A stretch of DNA of 64,000 bases, taken from the NCBI GenBank assembly GCA_041891055.1, contig CP169074.1:352001-416000 (forward strand), read 5' to 3'. Both the position numbers and the translations under genes were made by a program. Each line of letters opens with the position of its first letter. Positions within the stretch are counted from its first letter, which is position 1. This document shows positions 20,485-30,213 of the stretch, one piece after another. The notes below the pieces were generated by a model. The model had not been told where the DNA came from and searched no databases. It worked only from the letters and a program-made list of their open reading frames with translations. The DNA comes from Halorutilales archaeon Cl-col2-1 (GTDB lineage: Archaea; Halobacteriota; Halobacteria; Halobacteriales; Afararchaeaceae).

Positions 20485-22425
20485 ATGTCTGACTCTGACG
20501 AGCATGGAGGATTCGAAAGTATACGTGAGGAGGTCAAGGGCAATCCTATCGTGAGATTGCTTGGCTACACCCGTCCCTACAAACTACGTCTGATCACTGG
20601 GGTATTGATGTCGTTCTGTACCCGTCTCGCACGCCTCGCACCCCCCGTAATCATAGCCACAGCGATAGATAGGATCATCTTCCAGCGTGGCGAACCGGGT
20701 TTACTTGCTCGGATAGGTTTAGTTCCCTCTGACACCGTCACTAATCTAAATGCCCGGGCTGAGCTGCTGGAAACCTTGGTAATCATAGCTGTTGTTGCCT
20801 ATCTCGTCCGGTCAGTGACACGGTTTCTTTCGCGGTATCTCATCCAGTCAGCCGCACAGAAGATACAACGCGACCTACGGAACGACACGTATGACCATCT
20901 CCAGCATCTTTCGATGAGCTTCTTCACTAACCATCAGACAGGCGGTATGATGTCGATTCTTAACAGTGACATCAACCGACTCGAACAGTTCCTCAACACC
21001 GAGTTCCGCCAGTTCCTCCGTGTGATAGCTATGGTCGGCGGGATTAGCCTAATCCTGTGGTACTATTCGCCTACTCTAGCCCTAATTGCTCTCGCACCTG
21101 TTCCTGTAGTAGGAGTTGCGAGCGGTGGATTCCTCCGTTGGATCGAGCCTCGGTACCAGTCCATCCGAGAGACTGTCGCACGTTTGAACACCCGTTTGGA
21201 GAATAACCTGGGCGGCGTTGCAGTCGTGAAAGCCTTCAACCGTTATGATTTCGAACGTGCCCGTGTAGAGAACCAGAGCCAGAGATACCACGACGAGAAG
21301 GTCGGTGCACTACGTATACGACGTGCTTTCTTCGCCGGTCTACGTTTATTAACGGGAGTGGTATTTGTCGTGGTGCTATACGTAGCTGGCAAGGACTTTA
21401 TAGCTACGCCTACGGGCAAAGAGCCGATAATCTCTGCAGGTGCCTTTGCGGCTTTCTTCATGCTGTTGAGACGTCTCTACTCGCCAATGCGACGAGTGGG
21501 GAAATCAGCTAATAAATATCAGCTTGCGAAATCGAGTGCAGAGCGAGTGTTCGGACTACTTGCAACTCAACCCAGTATGACTAGCCCGTCCGATCCGTAT
21601 CAACCACAGGAGATCGATGGCGACGTCGTGTTTGATTCTGTGTCTTTCGGGTATAACGACAGCAAAAACGAGAAAGTCATCGAGGATCTATCCTTAGAAG
21701 TGCCTGCAGGCACCACCATCGGTCTCGTAGGGGAAAGCGGAGCCGGAAAATCGACCCTGCTTAAACTCATACCGAGGCTCTATGACGTGGATTCCGGATC
21801 GGTCAAAGTTGATGGAACTGATGTACGTGAGTACGGTGTAGAGGCACTACGTGATAAGATAGCTGTAGTCGAACAGAATCCATATCTGTTCTCCGGAACG
21901 GTGGCAGAAAACATAGCCTATGGCAACAGAGAAATCCTCCGAGCCGAGAGTAGCCAGACTGCCACGGACAAAGAGGACGAAGATGAGGTTCGAAAACGGA
22001 TAACCGACGCAGCCCAGGCTGCTGAAGCCCACGGTTTCATACGCGATCTTCCGGACGGATATGACACACAGATAGGCGAACGAGGGGTTAAGCTCTCGGG
22101 AGGACAGCGTCAGCGGGTCGCAATCGCTAGAGCACTACTCAACGACCCCGATATAATAATATTCGACGAGGCGACGAGTGATGTCGATACTGAGACGGAG
22201 GATCTCATACAGCAGAGCCTCGAACGTCTCATTCACGACAGAACTGCTTTCATCATTGCTCACCGTCTTGCTACAACCAAGAATGCCGACCGGATAATTG
22301 TATTAGAGGACGGCGAAATAGTTGAATCGGGCACGCATAAAGAACTCGTACAGACCGAAGGAGTCTACGCATCGTTGTGGAACGCCCAAGCGAATATGAA
22401 TGAACCCATCGGATCGATAGGATAG
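20485..22425 (+). CDS. ABC exporter, fused permease/ATPase (MsbA-like)
   Basis: TM domain plus GESGAGKST, LSGGQRQR, DEATS, IAHRL. Confidence 0.93.
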   Translation: MSDSDEHGGFESIREEVKGNPIVRLLGYTRPYKLRLITGVLMSFCTRLARLAPPVIIATAIDRIIFQRGEPGLLARIGLVPSDTVTNLNARAELLETLVIIAVVAYLVRSVTRFLSRYLIQSAAQKIQRDLRNDTYDHLQHLSMSFFTNHQTGGMMSILNSDINRLEQFLNTEFRQFLRVIAMVGGISLILWYYSPTLALIALAPVPVVGVASGGFLRWIEPRYQSIRETVARLNTRLENNLGGVAVVKAFNRYDFERARVENQSQRYHDEKVGALRIRRAFFAGLRLLTGVVFVVVLYVAGKDFIATPTGKEPIISAGAFAAFFMLLRRLYSPMRRVGKSANKYQLAKSSAERVFGLLATQPSMTSPSDPYQPQEIDGDVVFDSVSFGYNDSKNEKVIEDLSLEVPAGTTIGLVGESGAGKSTLLKLIPRLYDVDSGSVKVDGTDVREYGVEALRDKIAVVEQNPYLFSGTVAENIAYGNREILRAESSQTATDKEDEDEVRKRITDAAQAAEAHGFIRDLPDGYDTQIGERGVKLSGGQRQRVAIARALLNDPDIIIFDEATSDVDTETEDLIQQSLERLIHDRTAFIIAHRLATTKNADRIIVLEDGEIVESGTHKELVQTEGVYASLWNAQANMNEPIGSIG

Positions 22426-22578
22426 CAGGATGTGAGAGGGAGCCGGAGTTTTGATGTGCGAGCTTACACACACGGGTCGAGTCACTGTTACTTGTCAGGA
22501 CATTTGTTTACTCTTCCACCATCTTCAGAAAACAGATGGGGAAGACTTACCCGTCTGCAGTTATTATGTTAATCTGTA

Positions 22579-22779
22579 ATGACGAACGGTAAGGTTGATT
22601 TCTTCAACGACACAGGCGGTTACGGTTTCATAGAGACTGACGCTACTGACGAAGGCGAGGACGTTTTCTTCCACATGGAGGACGTCGGCGGTGACGATCT
22701 CACAGAAGGCACAGAGATAGAGTTCGATATCGAAGAGGCTCCGAAAGGACCTCGTGCGACGAACGTCGTCCGCGTATAA
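22579..22779 (+). CDS. csp: Cold-shock protein
   Basis: GKVDFFNDTGGYGFI, DVFFH, KGPRA. Confidence 0.95.
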   Translation: MTNGKVDFFNDTGGYGFIETDATDEGEDVFFHMEDVGGDDLTEGTEIEFDIEEAPKGPRATNVVRV

Positions 22780-22896
22780 GCGAGAGATCGTTACACGCCG
22801 GTACGATAGATACTACTTTCCTTTATTTGGCTAAATAACTTAGAGAGAGTCTTAATTATCTTTCCGGAGGATCGGAGTCCTGTGTATCAGTTCTGA

Positions 22897-23187
22897 TTAC
22901 TCGATTTCCAACTCGCCGCTGCTGCCGTCTCCTCCCCCACTGGCGTTCTCTTCCCATTCGAGTTCGAACTCGATACTTAACTCACCGGGTTGATCCGTAG
23001 CACCCTCGCGTTCGGCTTTGACCTCGAACGTCGGGCGGGCTGGAGGCTCCATAGTCACAGACTCGGAGCCGGATTTTAGCGTGATCGCGCTCCCTTGTTC
23101 GAGCTTATCAGCCACACTGCGAAGGTAGGCTGCGATATCCTTTCGACTCTGGTCGCCCTCTGATTTGAACAGAACTTCTTCAGGCAT
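22897..23187 (-). CDS. Amphi-Trp domain protein
   Basis: MPEEVLFKSE...IAAYLRSVADKL...FEVKAERE...SIEFELEW. Confidence 0.85.
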   Translation of the reverse strand: MPEEVLFKSEGDQSRKDIAAYLRSVADKLEQGSAITLKSGSESVTMEPPARPTFEVKAEREGATDQPGELSIEFELEWEENASGGGDGSSGELEIE

Positions 23188-23245
23188 GTAGAAGCCTACG
23201 TTACCCACACCGATAAGTTCATCCCACCTATCTACAACTCCTCCA

Positions 23246-23413
23246 TCAACTATTGGCTTCGATAGCCCGTCCTTGTTTCTTAGCCTTCTCCTTAGCCCGT
23301 TCTCTTTCCTCGTCGTCGCCTGGGGGATAGATATACATCTTCCCCGAGTCACCCCATCGATAGTATCCTTTCTTTTCGCCATCCCGTGTTGTATAGCCTT
23401 GTTGCAACGGCAT
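23246..23413 (-). CDS. Small basic hypothetical protein (55 aa), possibly virus-derived
   Basis: MPLQQGYTTRDGEKKGYYRWGDSGKMYIYPPGDDEERERAKEKAKKQGRAIEANS; start is 1 nt after the upstream stop. Confidence 0.65.
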   Translation of the reverse strand: MPLQQGYTTRDGEKKGYYRWGDSGKMYIYPPGDDEERERAKEKAKKQGRAIEANS

Positions 23414-23414
23414 A

Positions 23415-23771
23415 TTAAGAGACTTCCAGGTCGTAGTACAGAATATTTTCCGTGCTTTCATCGCTCTTTTTTATTCTTACCTCGTCAGGGGATACCCCAT
23501 AGAACTCAGATACCGTCTCTTTGATCTGTCTCATGATACCGTGTCTTTTGTCGTCAGGTAAAACATCGTTTAACGAGCTAGCTAGATAGCCTTCAGGCTC
23601 TATACGGATGTAGATATCCGACTCTCTGTCCTTTACCAGGGCAACCTCTATCGACTTCCCGTTTCTGTCGAAGCTCGCTATCTGTCTTTCGGTATGTTCG
23701 GGCTCCACCTCTTCCTTGTACTGCTCCCTCTCGTAGGCTTCTATTATATCTGATATTTTCTGTGTGTCCAT
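23415..23771 (-). CDS. Hypothetical protein
   Basis: 118-aa acidic ORF with A/T-rich codons. Confidence 0.7.
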   Translation of the reverse strand: MDTQKISDIIEAYEREQYKEEVEPEHTERQIASFDRNGKSIEVALVKDRESDIYIRIEPEGYLASSLNDVLPDDKRHGIMRQIKETVSEFYGVSPDEVRIKKSDESTENILYYDLEVS

Positions 23772-23921
23772 GGTATGTATTAGTTTGTCTGCCGAACTTA
23801 AGTCAACTGGCTATATACTTGAGACTCTGTTACCGCCCCCGTCAGAAAACGTAGTCCCTCAAGGATCTTGTTCGCGCGTATATACGCCAGACGTATTAAA
23901 CTCGGGGGCTAAGAACTACTA

Positions 23922-24260
23922 ATGACAGACTCAGACTCGGACTCAAAGAAGAAAGCCGATCTGAAAACCGAACCGGGCTCCGACCCTAACTCGGGAGCCG
24001 ACCTTACCGAGAAGACGAACAGGTACAGACGTCTCCTGTCACGTGCTCTCGACTCGGTCGAGGTCGTAGAGGAGTCCGACGAAGCCGACGAGTTCCTGGA
24101 GATGGCGGAGTCTTACTACGACGACGGCGAACACTTCCTCGAAAACGACGACGAGGTCAACGCTCTCGCCGCATTCTCGTACGGACACGCGTGGCTCGAC
24201 GCGGGTATGAGGTCGGGGGTCTTCGACGCAGACGACAACAGGGAACTGTTCACAGTATGA
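23922..24260 (+). CDS. DUF357 domain protein
   Basis: MAESYYDDGEHF...VNALAAFSYGHAWLDAG. Confidence 0.88.
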   Translation: MTDSDSDSKKKADLKTEPGSDPNSGADLTEKTNRYRRLLSRALDSVEVVEESDEADEFLEMAESYYDDGEHFLENDDEVNALAAFSYGHAWLDAGMRSGVFDADDNRELFTV

Positions 24261-24910
24261 CGGGAGCGGTCAGCCTCTTCTCAGGAGGAAAGGACTCGAC
24301 CTACGCCCTCTACAAGGCACAGGAGGAGTACGACGTCGATACTCTCGTCTCGGTACACGCAGAGGAGGCGTCGAAGATGTACCACGTCCCTGCGATAGAA
24401 CTCACGTCTCTTGCCGCTGACGCAATGAAGGTCGACAGGGATCTCGTGACTGTCGAGACACGAGACGACGAGATACCCCCTCTGAGATGTGAGCTAGAAG
24501 ACCTCTCGCCCGATGCGGTCGTCGTGGGTGCGGTTGAGAGCGAGTACCAGAGGTCACGGATACAGAATGTCTGTGACGAGATAGGAGCCGAGCTCGTCGC
24601 CCCGCTCTGGCACTGTGACACCTCCGAGACTATGAGGGAGATAGTCGAGGAGTTCGAGGTCATGGTGATAGGAGTAGCCGCACATGGACTCGACGAGACT
24701 TGGCTCGGACGCGTCCTCGACTCAGAAGACATCGACGAGCTCGAACGTCTCAACGACGAGTACGGCGTCCATGTTATGGGCGAGGGCGGCGAGTTCGAGA
24801 CGATGGTTCTCGGAGGACCACACATGAGCTCGGAGATAGAAGTCAAGTACGGGAAGGAATGGGACGGAATGAGGGGGGAGCTACATATCGACGACGCGCG
24901 TCTGAGGTAG
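24257..24910 (+). CDS. dph6: Diphthine--ammonia ligase
   Basis: SGGKDS PP-loop, GAVESEYQ, PLW, GEGGEFET; ATGA overlap. Confidence 0.9.
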   Translation: MTGAVSLFSGGKDSTYALYKAQEEYDVDTLVSVHAEEASKMYHVPAIELTSLAADAMKVDRDLVTVETRDDEIPPLRCELEDLSPDAVVVGAVESEYQRSRIQNVCDEIGAELVAPLWHCDTSETMREIVEEFEVMVIGVAAHGLDETWLGRVLDSEDIDELERLNDEYGVHVMGEGGEFETMVLGGPHMSSEIEVKYGKEWDGMRGELHIDDARLR

Positions 24911-25002
24911 GATAGACTTCTTCCGTTTCCAACACATTGGAGTCTGTCTATCTGTGTTATCGACGACAGAGTTATAAGCCGTCCTTCTGATACTCAAGCG
25001 AG

Positions 25003-26712
25003 ATGGATCTTCTCGTCTGGTATGTTCTGGTTTTTGTCGTCTCTGGAGTTGTCTGTTTAGGCACCGTACCGCGTGCGAGAACCGTACAGCACCGTGGCAC
25101 GCGCGAGGGACTCGTAGTATTCCTCATCTCGGTCGCCGTCTGGTCGTGGGGATACGTCGGATACCTACTCGCGCCGACGGCACGTTTGAGGGTCACCTTC
25201 TACATACTCGGATTTGTCTTCGCCTTCGTCGCTGTCGGGTCTTGGGTCTACTTCTGTGCCGCCTACACGGGACGGTCACCGCGCCAGATGCCCTACAGGA
25301 ACGCCGTTCTCGGAGTCTTCGCCGTCTTCGTCGTTCTCAAGATCACGAATCCTCTCCACGGTCTCTACTTCACCACCGAGTGGACCACCGAGCCGTTTCC
25401 CCATCTCGCCGTCCACCACAACCTACTCTACTGGGTACTACTCGGTCTCTCGTATGCCGCCATCTCGGTGGGATTCTTCATGCTCTTCGAGCGGTTCTAC
25501 CATACGGGGACAGACAGCCGTCCACTCGTCTTACTCGCCGGGGTCACGGCTGTCCCCGCAGTGTTCACGATACTCAGCGGCGAGCTCGGAGGACTCCTGC
25601 CGTTGATGTACGAGCCCCCGGGTGTCGCAGTCTTTGCTGTTGGGACACTCTTCGTCTACTTCGAGAGGTTCGAAGCCGTCCGTCTCACAGCCGGAACTGA
25701 CGACCCCGCAGTATTCGTCGACCCAAGCGGCTGTCTGCGTGAGTATAACCGAGCCGCAGAAGAGATATTTCCGAGCCTCAGTGGCTCGATAGGCAAGCCG
25801 TTGGAGTCGTCGGTTCCGTCAGTCGCCGAGGCTCTCTCGGGGTCTGAGTCGGGAGTAGGCTCGGAAGTAGTCGAGGTCTCACGCGGGTTCAACGGCGACG
25901 GTGAGGAAGCCACCAAGAGGTTCTACGAGGTATCGGCTGCACCTTTCGTGTCGGGCGAGGTTGTGACGGGGAAGATTATCACCGCGAGAGATGTGACCGA
26001 CAGAGAGACATACCGTCGGAGGCTTGAGGAGAAGACCGAACAGCTTGAGGCACTCAACCGGGTGGTTCGCCACGACATACGTAACGACATGACCGTGGTT
26101 CTCGGATGGGCTGAGACACTCGAAGACCACGTTGACGACGAAGGGCGCGACGCTCTTGAACACGTCTTAGAGAAGTCGCGCCACGTCGTCGGTATCACGA
26201 GGGTAGCGCGCGACTTCATCGAATCCCTCGGCGAAGGAGAGAGTACGGATCTGAAACGTGTCGACTTACGCCACCACCTCAAAGCCGAGATGGACGCAGT
26301 CCGAGAGTCGTATCCCGACGCCGAGTTCGAAGTCTCGGGCGAGATACCCGATGTCTCTGTCGAAGCGAATGAGATGGTCTCTTCGGTCTTCAGGAATATA
26401 CTCGGTAATGCCATACAGCACAGCGACGAGGAGACTCCCGAGGTCATAGTATCGTGTGAAAACCGCCCCGAGACGGTCTTGATCCGGTTCGCGGACAACG
26501 GTCCTGGTATCCCCGACGAGAAGAAAGACGAGATTTTCGGTAAGGGTGAGAAGGGTCTCGAAAGCGGAGGATCGGGAATCGGTCTCTATCTCGTCAATCT
26601 CCTCGTTGAGTCGTACGGCGGAGAGGTCTGGATAGAAGAAAACGATCCGAAGGGCACCGTCTTTAACGTCGAACTCTCTAAGTCCGACAGTGATCCTCAG
26701 AAGACTTACTGA
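25003..26712 (+). CDS. 7TM sensor histidine kinase
   Basis: ITNPLHGLYF 7TM domain, RHDIRN, NAIQHS, DNGPGI, GIGLY. Confidence 0.9.
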   Translation: MDLLVWYVLVFVVSGVVCLGTVPRARTVQHRGTREGLVVFLISVAVWSWGYVGYLLAPTARLRVTFYILGFVFAFVAVGSWVYFCAAYTGRSPRQMPYRNAVLGVFAVFVVLKITNPLHGLYFTTEWTTEPFPHLAVHHNLLYWVLLGLSYAAISVGFFMLFERFYHTGTDSRPLVLLAGVTAVPAVFTILSGELGGLLPLMYEPPGVAVFAVGTLFVYFERFEAVRLTAGTDDPAVFVDPSGCLREYNRAAEEIFPSLSGSIGKPLESSVPSVAEALSGSESGVGSEVVEVSRGFNGDGEEATKRFYEVSAAPFVSGEVVTGKIITARDVTDRETYRRRLEEKTEQLEALNRVVRHDIRNDMTVVLGWAETLEDHVDDEGRDALEHVLEKSRHVVGITRVARDFIESLGEGESTDLKRVDLRHHLKAEMDAVRESYPDAEFEVSGEIPDVSVEANEMVSSVFRNILGNAIQHSDEETPEVIVSCENRPETVLIRFADNGPGIPDEKKDEIFGKGEKGLESGGSGIGLYLVNLLVESYGGEVWIEENDPKGTVFNVELSKSDSDPQKTY

Positions 26713-26748
26713 CATCCTCACGCGCCTAAAGGTATGTGACTTAGATCC

Positions 26749-26781
26749 AACTCCTCACTAATCAGAGATTAGCGAACTCCT
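26749..26781. repeat. Solo triloop hairpin flanked by an AACTCCT direct repeat
   Basis: CACTAATCAGAGATTAGCGAAC matches the reverse complement of array unit 3 at 21/22 positions. Confidence 0.7.
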
Positions 26782-26801
26782 AAAACGGTGTATGCGCTCG
26801 A

Positions 26802-27371
26802 CTATGTATCAGCCTCAATCCATTTTATAGAGCATCCACGTGACGGGATCTCCTCGACTTCAACTTCGTCGCCTCCGAGAACCGAGTCTATCGCGTCGCG
26901 CATCTCGTGTTGTGTCGGCTCGTCGTCGGGGTTCTGGGCGTCGTCGAGACGTCCGTGGTAGACGAGTCGGAAATCACCGTTTTCGTTCTCGAAGAGGAAG
27001 GGGTCGGGTGTACAGACGGCACCGTACTCGTCGGCGACCTCCTGTGTCTCGTCCCTGAGGTAGGCGTCGTACCTCACCTCGCCGTCTTCAACTAACTCCT
27101 GCATCCTCTCGTACGAGTCGTCGGGGTACTCATCGGCGTCGTTGGGGTTTATCCCGACGACTCCTACGTCGTCGTAGTCGTCGGCTATCGAGTTTAGGAC
27201 GGGTATCTTCGCCTTCGCGTACGGACAGTGGTTACACGTAAAGACTACGAGTAAGGCGTCGTACCCCGTGAAGTCTTCGAGTGACTTCTCGTCGCCGTTG
27301 GTGTCTCTCAGACTGAAGTCGGGGGCTGTGTCTCCTCTTTCGAGGTCGCTGTCTGACTCCTTGAGTACCAT
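26802..27371 (-). CDS. Thioredoxin/AhpC-TSA family protein
   Basis: APDFSL, CNHCPY, YGAVCTPD, YHGRLDD, GCSIKW. Confidence 0.9.
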   Translation of the reverse strand: MVLKESDSDLERGDTAPDFSLRDTNGDEKSLEDFTGYDALLVVFTCNHCPYAKAKIPVLNSIADDYDDVGVVGINPNDADEYPDDSYERMQELVEDGEVRYDAYLRDETQEVADEYGAVCTPDPFLFENENGDFRLVYHGRLDDAQNPDDEPTQHEMRDAIDSVLGGDEVEVEEIPSRGCSIKWIEADT

Positions 27372-27462
27372 ACCTGGGGATGTCGGGGGAGACACTAATC
27401 TTTTTTCTTGCTCAACCCACCCGAACTCTTTTGACCACACAAGACGACAAAGCCGTGAGAAG

Positions 27463-28464
27463 ATGGAGAACCATTTGAGTCCGAGTAGACGTAACGTTCT
27501 GATAGTCCTCGCAGGGCTGACGCTTCTCGGAGTCGTGGTTCTATTCGACGTTATCAACACAGTCTTCTTCGCCATCACCGTCGCGTACATACTCACTCCT
27601 CTCCACAAGAGGCTCATAAGACACGGGCTTCCGTCGTGGTCGGCGAGTCTCATCTCGACAGTCGTCGGATTCGTGAGTATACTCGTCGTATTCGGCTACG
27701 TCGGTGTTCTGATATACCTGAGACGCGGTGCGATAGTCGAAGTAGTCACCGGCTTCCCTTCGACTACGACGGTCGAGGCTCTCGGAATCACGTACACACT
27801 CGACGCCACGGATTTCAGGAACAGCTTCGTGGCGTATCTGACACAGATAGCCGTCGAGTTTGCACGCAGAACCCCTGTTCTCGCCCTAAAGCTCACACTC
27901 TTCACGCTTCTGATATTTTCGCTCACACACAATAGAGAGAGAGTAGGTGACGCGATGTGGCGCGCCGTACCCTCGAAGTACCACGACATAACACTTCTCG
28001 TCGAGGAGAAGGTTGAGTCGACTCTCTTCTCCCTCTACGTCCTACAGGCGTCTGTCTCGGCTGTGACCTTCGTACTCTCCTTCGTCGTCTTCTCCTTCTT
28101 CGGATACGACTACTCGGGTACTCTCGCAGCAATCTCGGGACTCCTTCAGTTCTTCCCCATCGTAGGACCCAGCGTCCTCGTCATGGGACTCGTAGTCTAC
28201 GAACTCTTCGTTGGGAGCCTCACCAAGGCTGTCGCACTCGGCGTAGTCGGCGGGATCGTACTAGCGTGGCTCCCCGACGCCGTCATAAGAGTCCATCTCG
28301 CCGACGAGAGACTACCGGGGAGTCTCTACTTCATAGGATTCACAGGAGGTCTCCTCAGCATAGGTCCGATAGGAGTCATAGCCGGACCCATAGTCGTGGT
28401 TCTGATAGCTGAGATGGTCAAACAGCTCGCAGATTCGAACGACAGAACGACTACGAATACTTAG
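27463..28464 (+). CDS. AI-2E family transporter
   Basis: FFAITVAYILTP, FPIVGP, GFTGGLLSIGPIGVIAGP. Confidence 0.85.
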   Translation: MENHLSPSRRNVLIVLAGLTLLGVVVLFDVINTVFFAITVAYILTPLHKRLIRHGLPSWSASLISTVVGFVSILVVFGYVGVLIYLRRGAIVEVVTGFPSTTTVEALGITYTLDATDFRNSFVAYLTQIAVEFARRTPVLALKLTLFTLLIFSLTHNRERVGDAMWRAVPSKYHDITLLVEEKVESTLFSLYVLQASVSAVTFVLSFVVFSFFGYDYSGTLAAISGLLQFFPIVGPSVLVMGLVVYELFVGSLTKAVALGVVGGIVLAWLPDAVIRVHLADERLPGSLYFIGFTGGLLSIGPIGVIAGPIVVVLIAEMVKQLADSNDRTTTNT

Positions 28465-29824
28465 GCTCAGCACCGGTTGTCTCGTAGACGTCATCGAGAA
28501 GACTGTCACGTTCCTCCTGCCAGTCCTCGAAGCCGTCGCGCGACTCGGGGTACTCCTCGTAATGGTCGAGCACCTTCTCGGCGCTCTTCTTCGCCTTGTA
28601 GAAGCTGTAGACGGTGTCCCAGTGTCCGAAGCTCGAGATCGCCATACGTAGCTTAAGTGTTAGGGGTATCGATGTCTTGCCCTCGTAGAGTGCCTCACTG
28701 ATCTTGTCACCCGGGAGTGACGACAGGAGGCTGATTATCTCGTCGGTGTCGTAGGCTGTCACGAAGATGTTGTAGACATCGAGTGTCGCATAACGCGCCC
28801 CGAACTCGTCCATGACGTCGACGTTGTATCCCCAGAGAGACTCCTCTGAGACATCTTCGTTTTCTATCGCCTCGACCGCCTTCTCGCCCGCGTACTGCCC
28901 CGCGAACGCCGCGGTCGATATTCCTCCTCCCGTAGTAGGATTTACGTGTCCTGCGGCGTCGCCTACGGCGATGAAGCCGTCTGCGACTGCTGAGTCGTAG
29001 GGACGTCTCGTCGGAAGAGCCGCGCCTAACTTGTCCTTGACCTCGGCGTTCTCGAACTCGTCCCTCTCCTCTAAGTCGTCTCTCAGAACCTCGACGAGTT
29101 CCATCGGCTCCTCGTTCATCTGGAAGCCGAGTCCGGCGTTGATCTCTGTCGGCGTCCTCGGGAAGTACCAGAGGTATCCAGCCGAGATCTCGACGGGCTT
29201 GAAGACGAGAGCGTCGTCCCAGTCGACGGGCTCGTCGACCTCGATGACTTCGCGGTAGGCGGAACAGAACTGACTGTACGAGACGTCGGTGTCGAATGTT
29301 GAGTTCGAGGCGTCGAGGTCGTCCTGTAAGACGGAGAGTGCACCAGCGGCGTCTATCGTGAGGTCGGCGTGGTACTCGACGACCTCGCCGTCGTGTTTGG
29401 CTCTCACGCCCTCGACCTTGCCGTCGTCGTCCTGTATCACTCCGTTGACAACTGTCTCGTAATGTATGTCGACTCCCGCCTTCTCTGCTTCTTCGAGAAG
29501 AATATTACCGTACTCCCATCTGTCTATGACGGCGAGCTCTCCGGGTATGGGAATGTCGAGGCTATCGCCGTCGGGGAACTCGAACCTGCCGTGGTCAACT
29601 CCCGTGTTAGTAAACGACTCCTCGACCCTCTCTATGGGTATGGCGTTGGGAAAGGCGTCGGAGCCCTTGAGGGCGTCGCCGCACGCTATGTGTCCCGCCT
29701 CGTCCTCCGTCTTTCTCTCGATTAGGACGACATCGAGACCCTCACGTGCGACCGCCGCGGCGGCGTAACATCCGCCCGTGCCGCCGCCCACGACTACTAC
29801 GTCGGCGTTTTCCTTCTTGCTCAT
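28451..29824 (-). CDS. Geranylgeranyl reductase family flavoprotein
   Basis: GGGTGG FAD motif, ACGDAL, GYLWYFP, GDAAGHVNPTTGGGI. Confidence 0.9.
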   Translation of the reverse strand: MSKKENADVVVVGGGTGGCYAAAAVAREGLDVVLIERKTEDEAGHIACGDALKGSDAFPNAIPIERVEESFTNTGVDHGRFEFPDGDSLDIPIPGELAVIDRWEYGNILLEEAEKAGVDIHYETVVNGVIQDDDGKVEGVRAKHDGEVVEYHADLTIDAAGALSVLQDDLDASNSTFDTDVSYSQFCSAYREVIEVDEPVDWDDALVFKPVEISAGYLWYFPRTPTEINAGLGFQMNEEPMELVEVLRDDLEERDEFENAEVKDKLGAALPTRRPYDSAVADGFIAVGDAAGHVNPTTGGGISTAAFAGQYAGEKAVEAIENEDVSEESLWGYNVDVMDEFGARYATLDVYNIFVTAYDTDEIISLLSSLPGDKISEALYEGKTSIPLTLKLRMAISSFGHWDTVYSFYKAKKSAEKVLDHYEEYPESRDGFEDWQEERDSLLDDVYETTGAEPKYS

Positions 29825-29883
29825 AAGTAGAGTTTTACGAGGGGTAAGAAAAGAGTTTTGAGCGTTCCCGACGAGGTTCCGAC

Positions 29884-30210
29884 ATGGACACGGAGACTCC
29901 CGAAGCCGAGTCTAAGTCTACGTATACTGTCAGATTCACCGACGGAGAGGAGGTCGAGGTCTCGGACGGACAGACTATACTCAACGCGTGTATAGAGGAC
30001 GGCGTCAACCACGAGTACTCGTGCCGAGTCGGTATGTGTCTCGCGTGTGTCGGAAAGATAGTCGAGGGCGATGTCAAACAGCCCGGCGCGAGAGGGTTGA
30101 GCGACGAGGAGCGTGAGGACTACGTACTGACGTGTATGGCACGTCCCGCCTCCGACATGGTAATAGACCGCGGCGAGTACCCGCCGTCGATAGAGGACGG
30201 GGACGAGTAG
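29884..30210 (+). CDS. 2Fe-2S ferredoxin
   Basis: SCRVGMCLAC...LTCMA. Confidence 0.9.
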   Translation: MDTETPEAESKSTYTVRFTDGEEVEVSDGQTILNACIEDGVNHEYSCRVGMCLACVGKIVEGDVKQPGARGLSDEEREDYVLTCMARPASDMVIDRGEYPPSIEDGDE

Positions 30211-30213
30211 ACG

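Noticed and set aside
20246-20554. Four short overlapping ORFs in the track
   Set aside because: They are by-products of the palindromic array (SEIFDF/KSSIS-type peptides) and do not have host-like composition.
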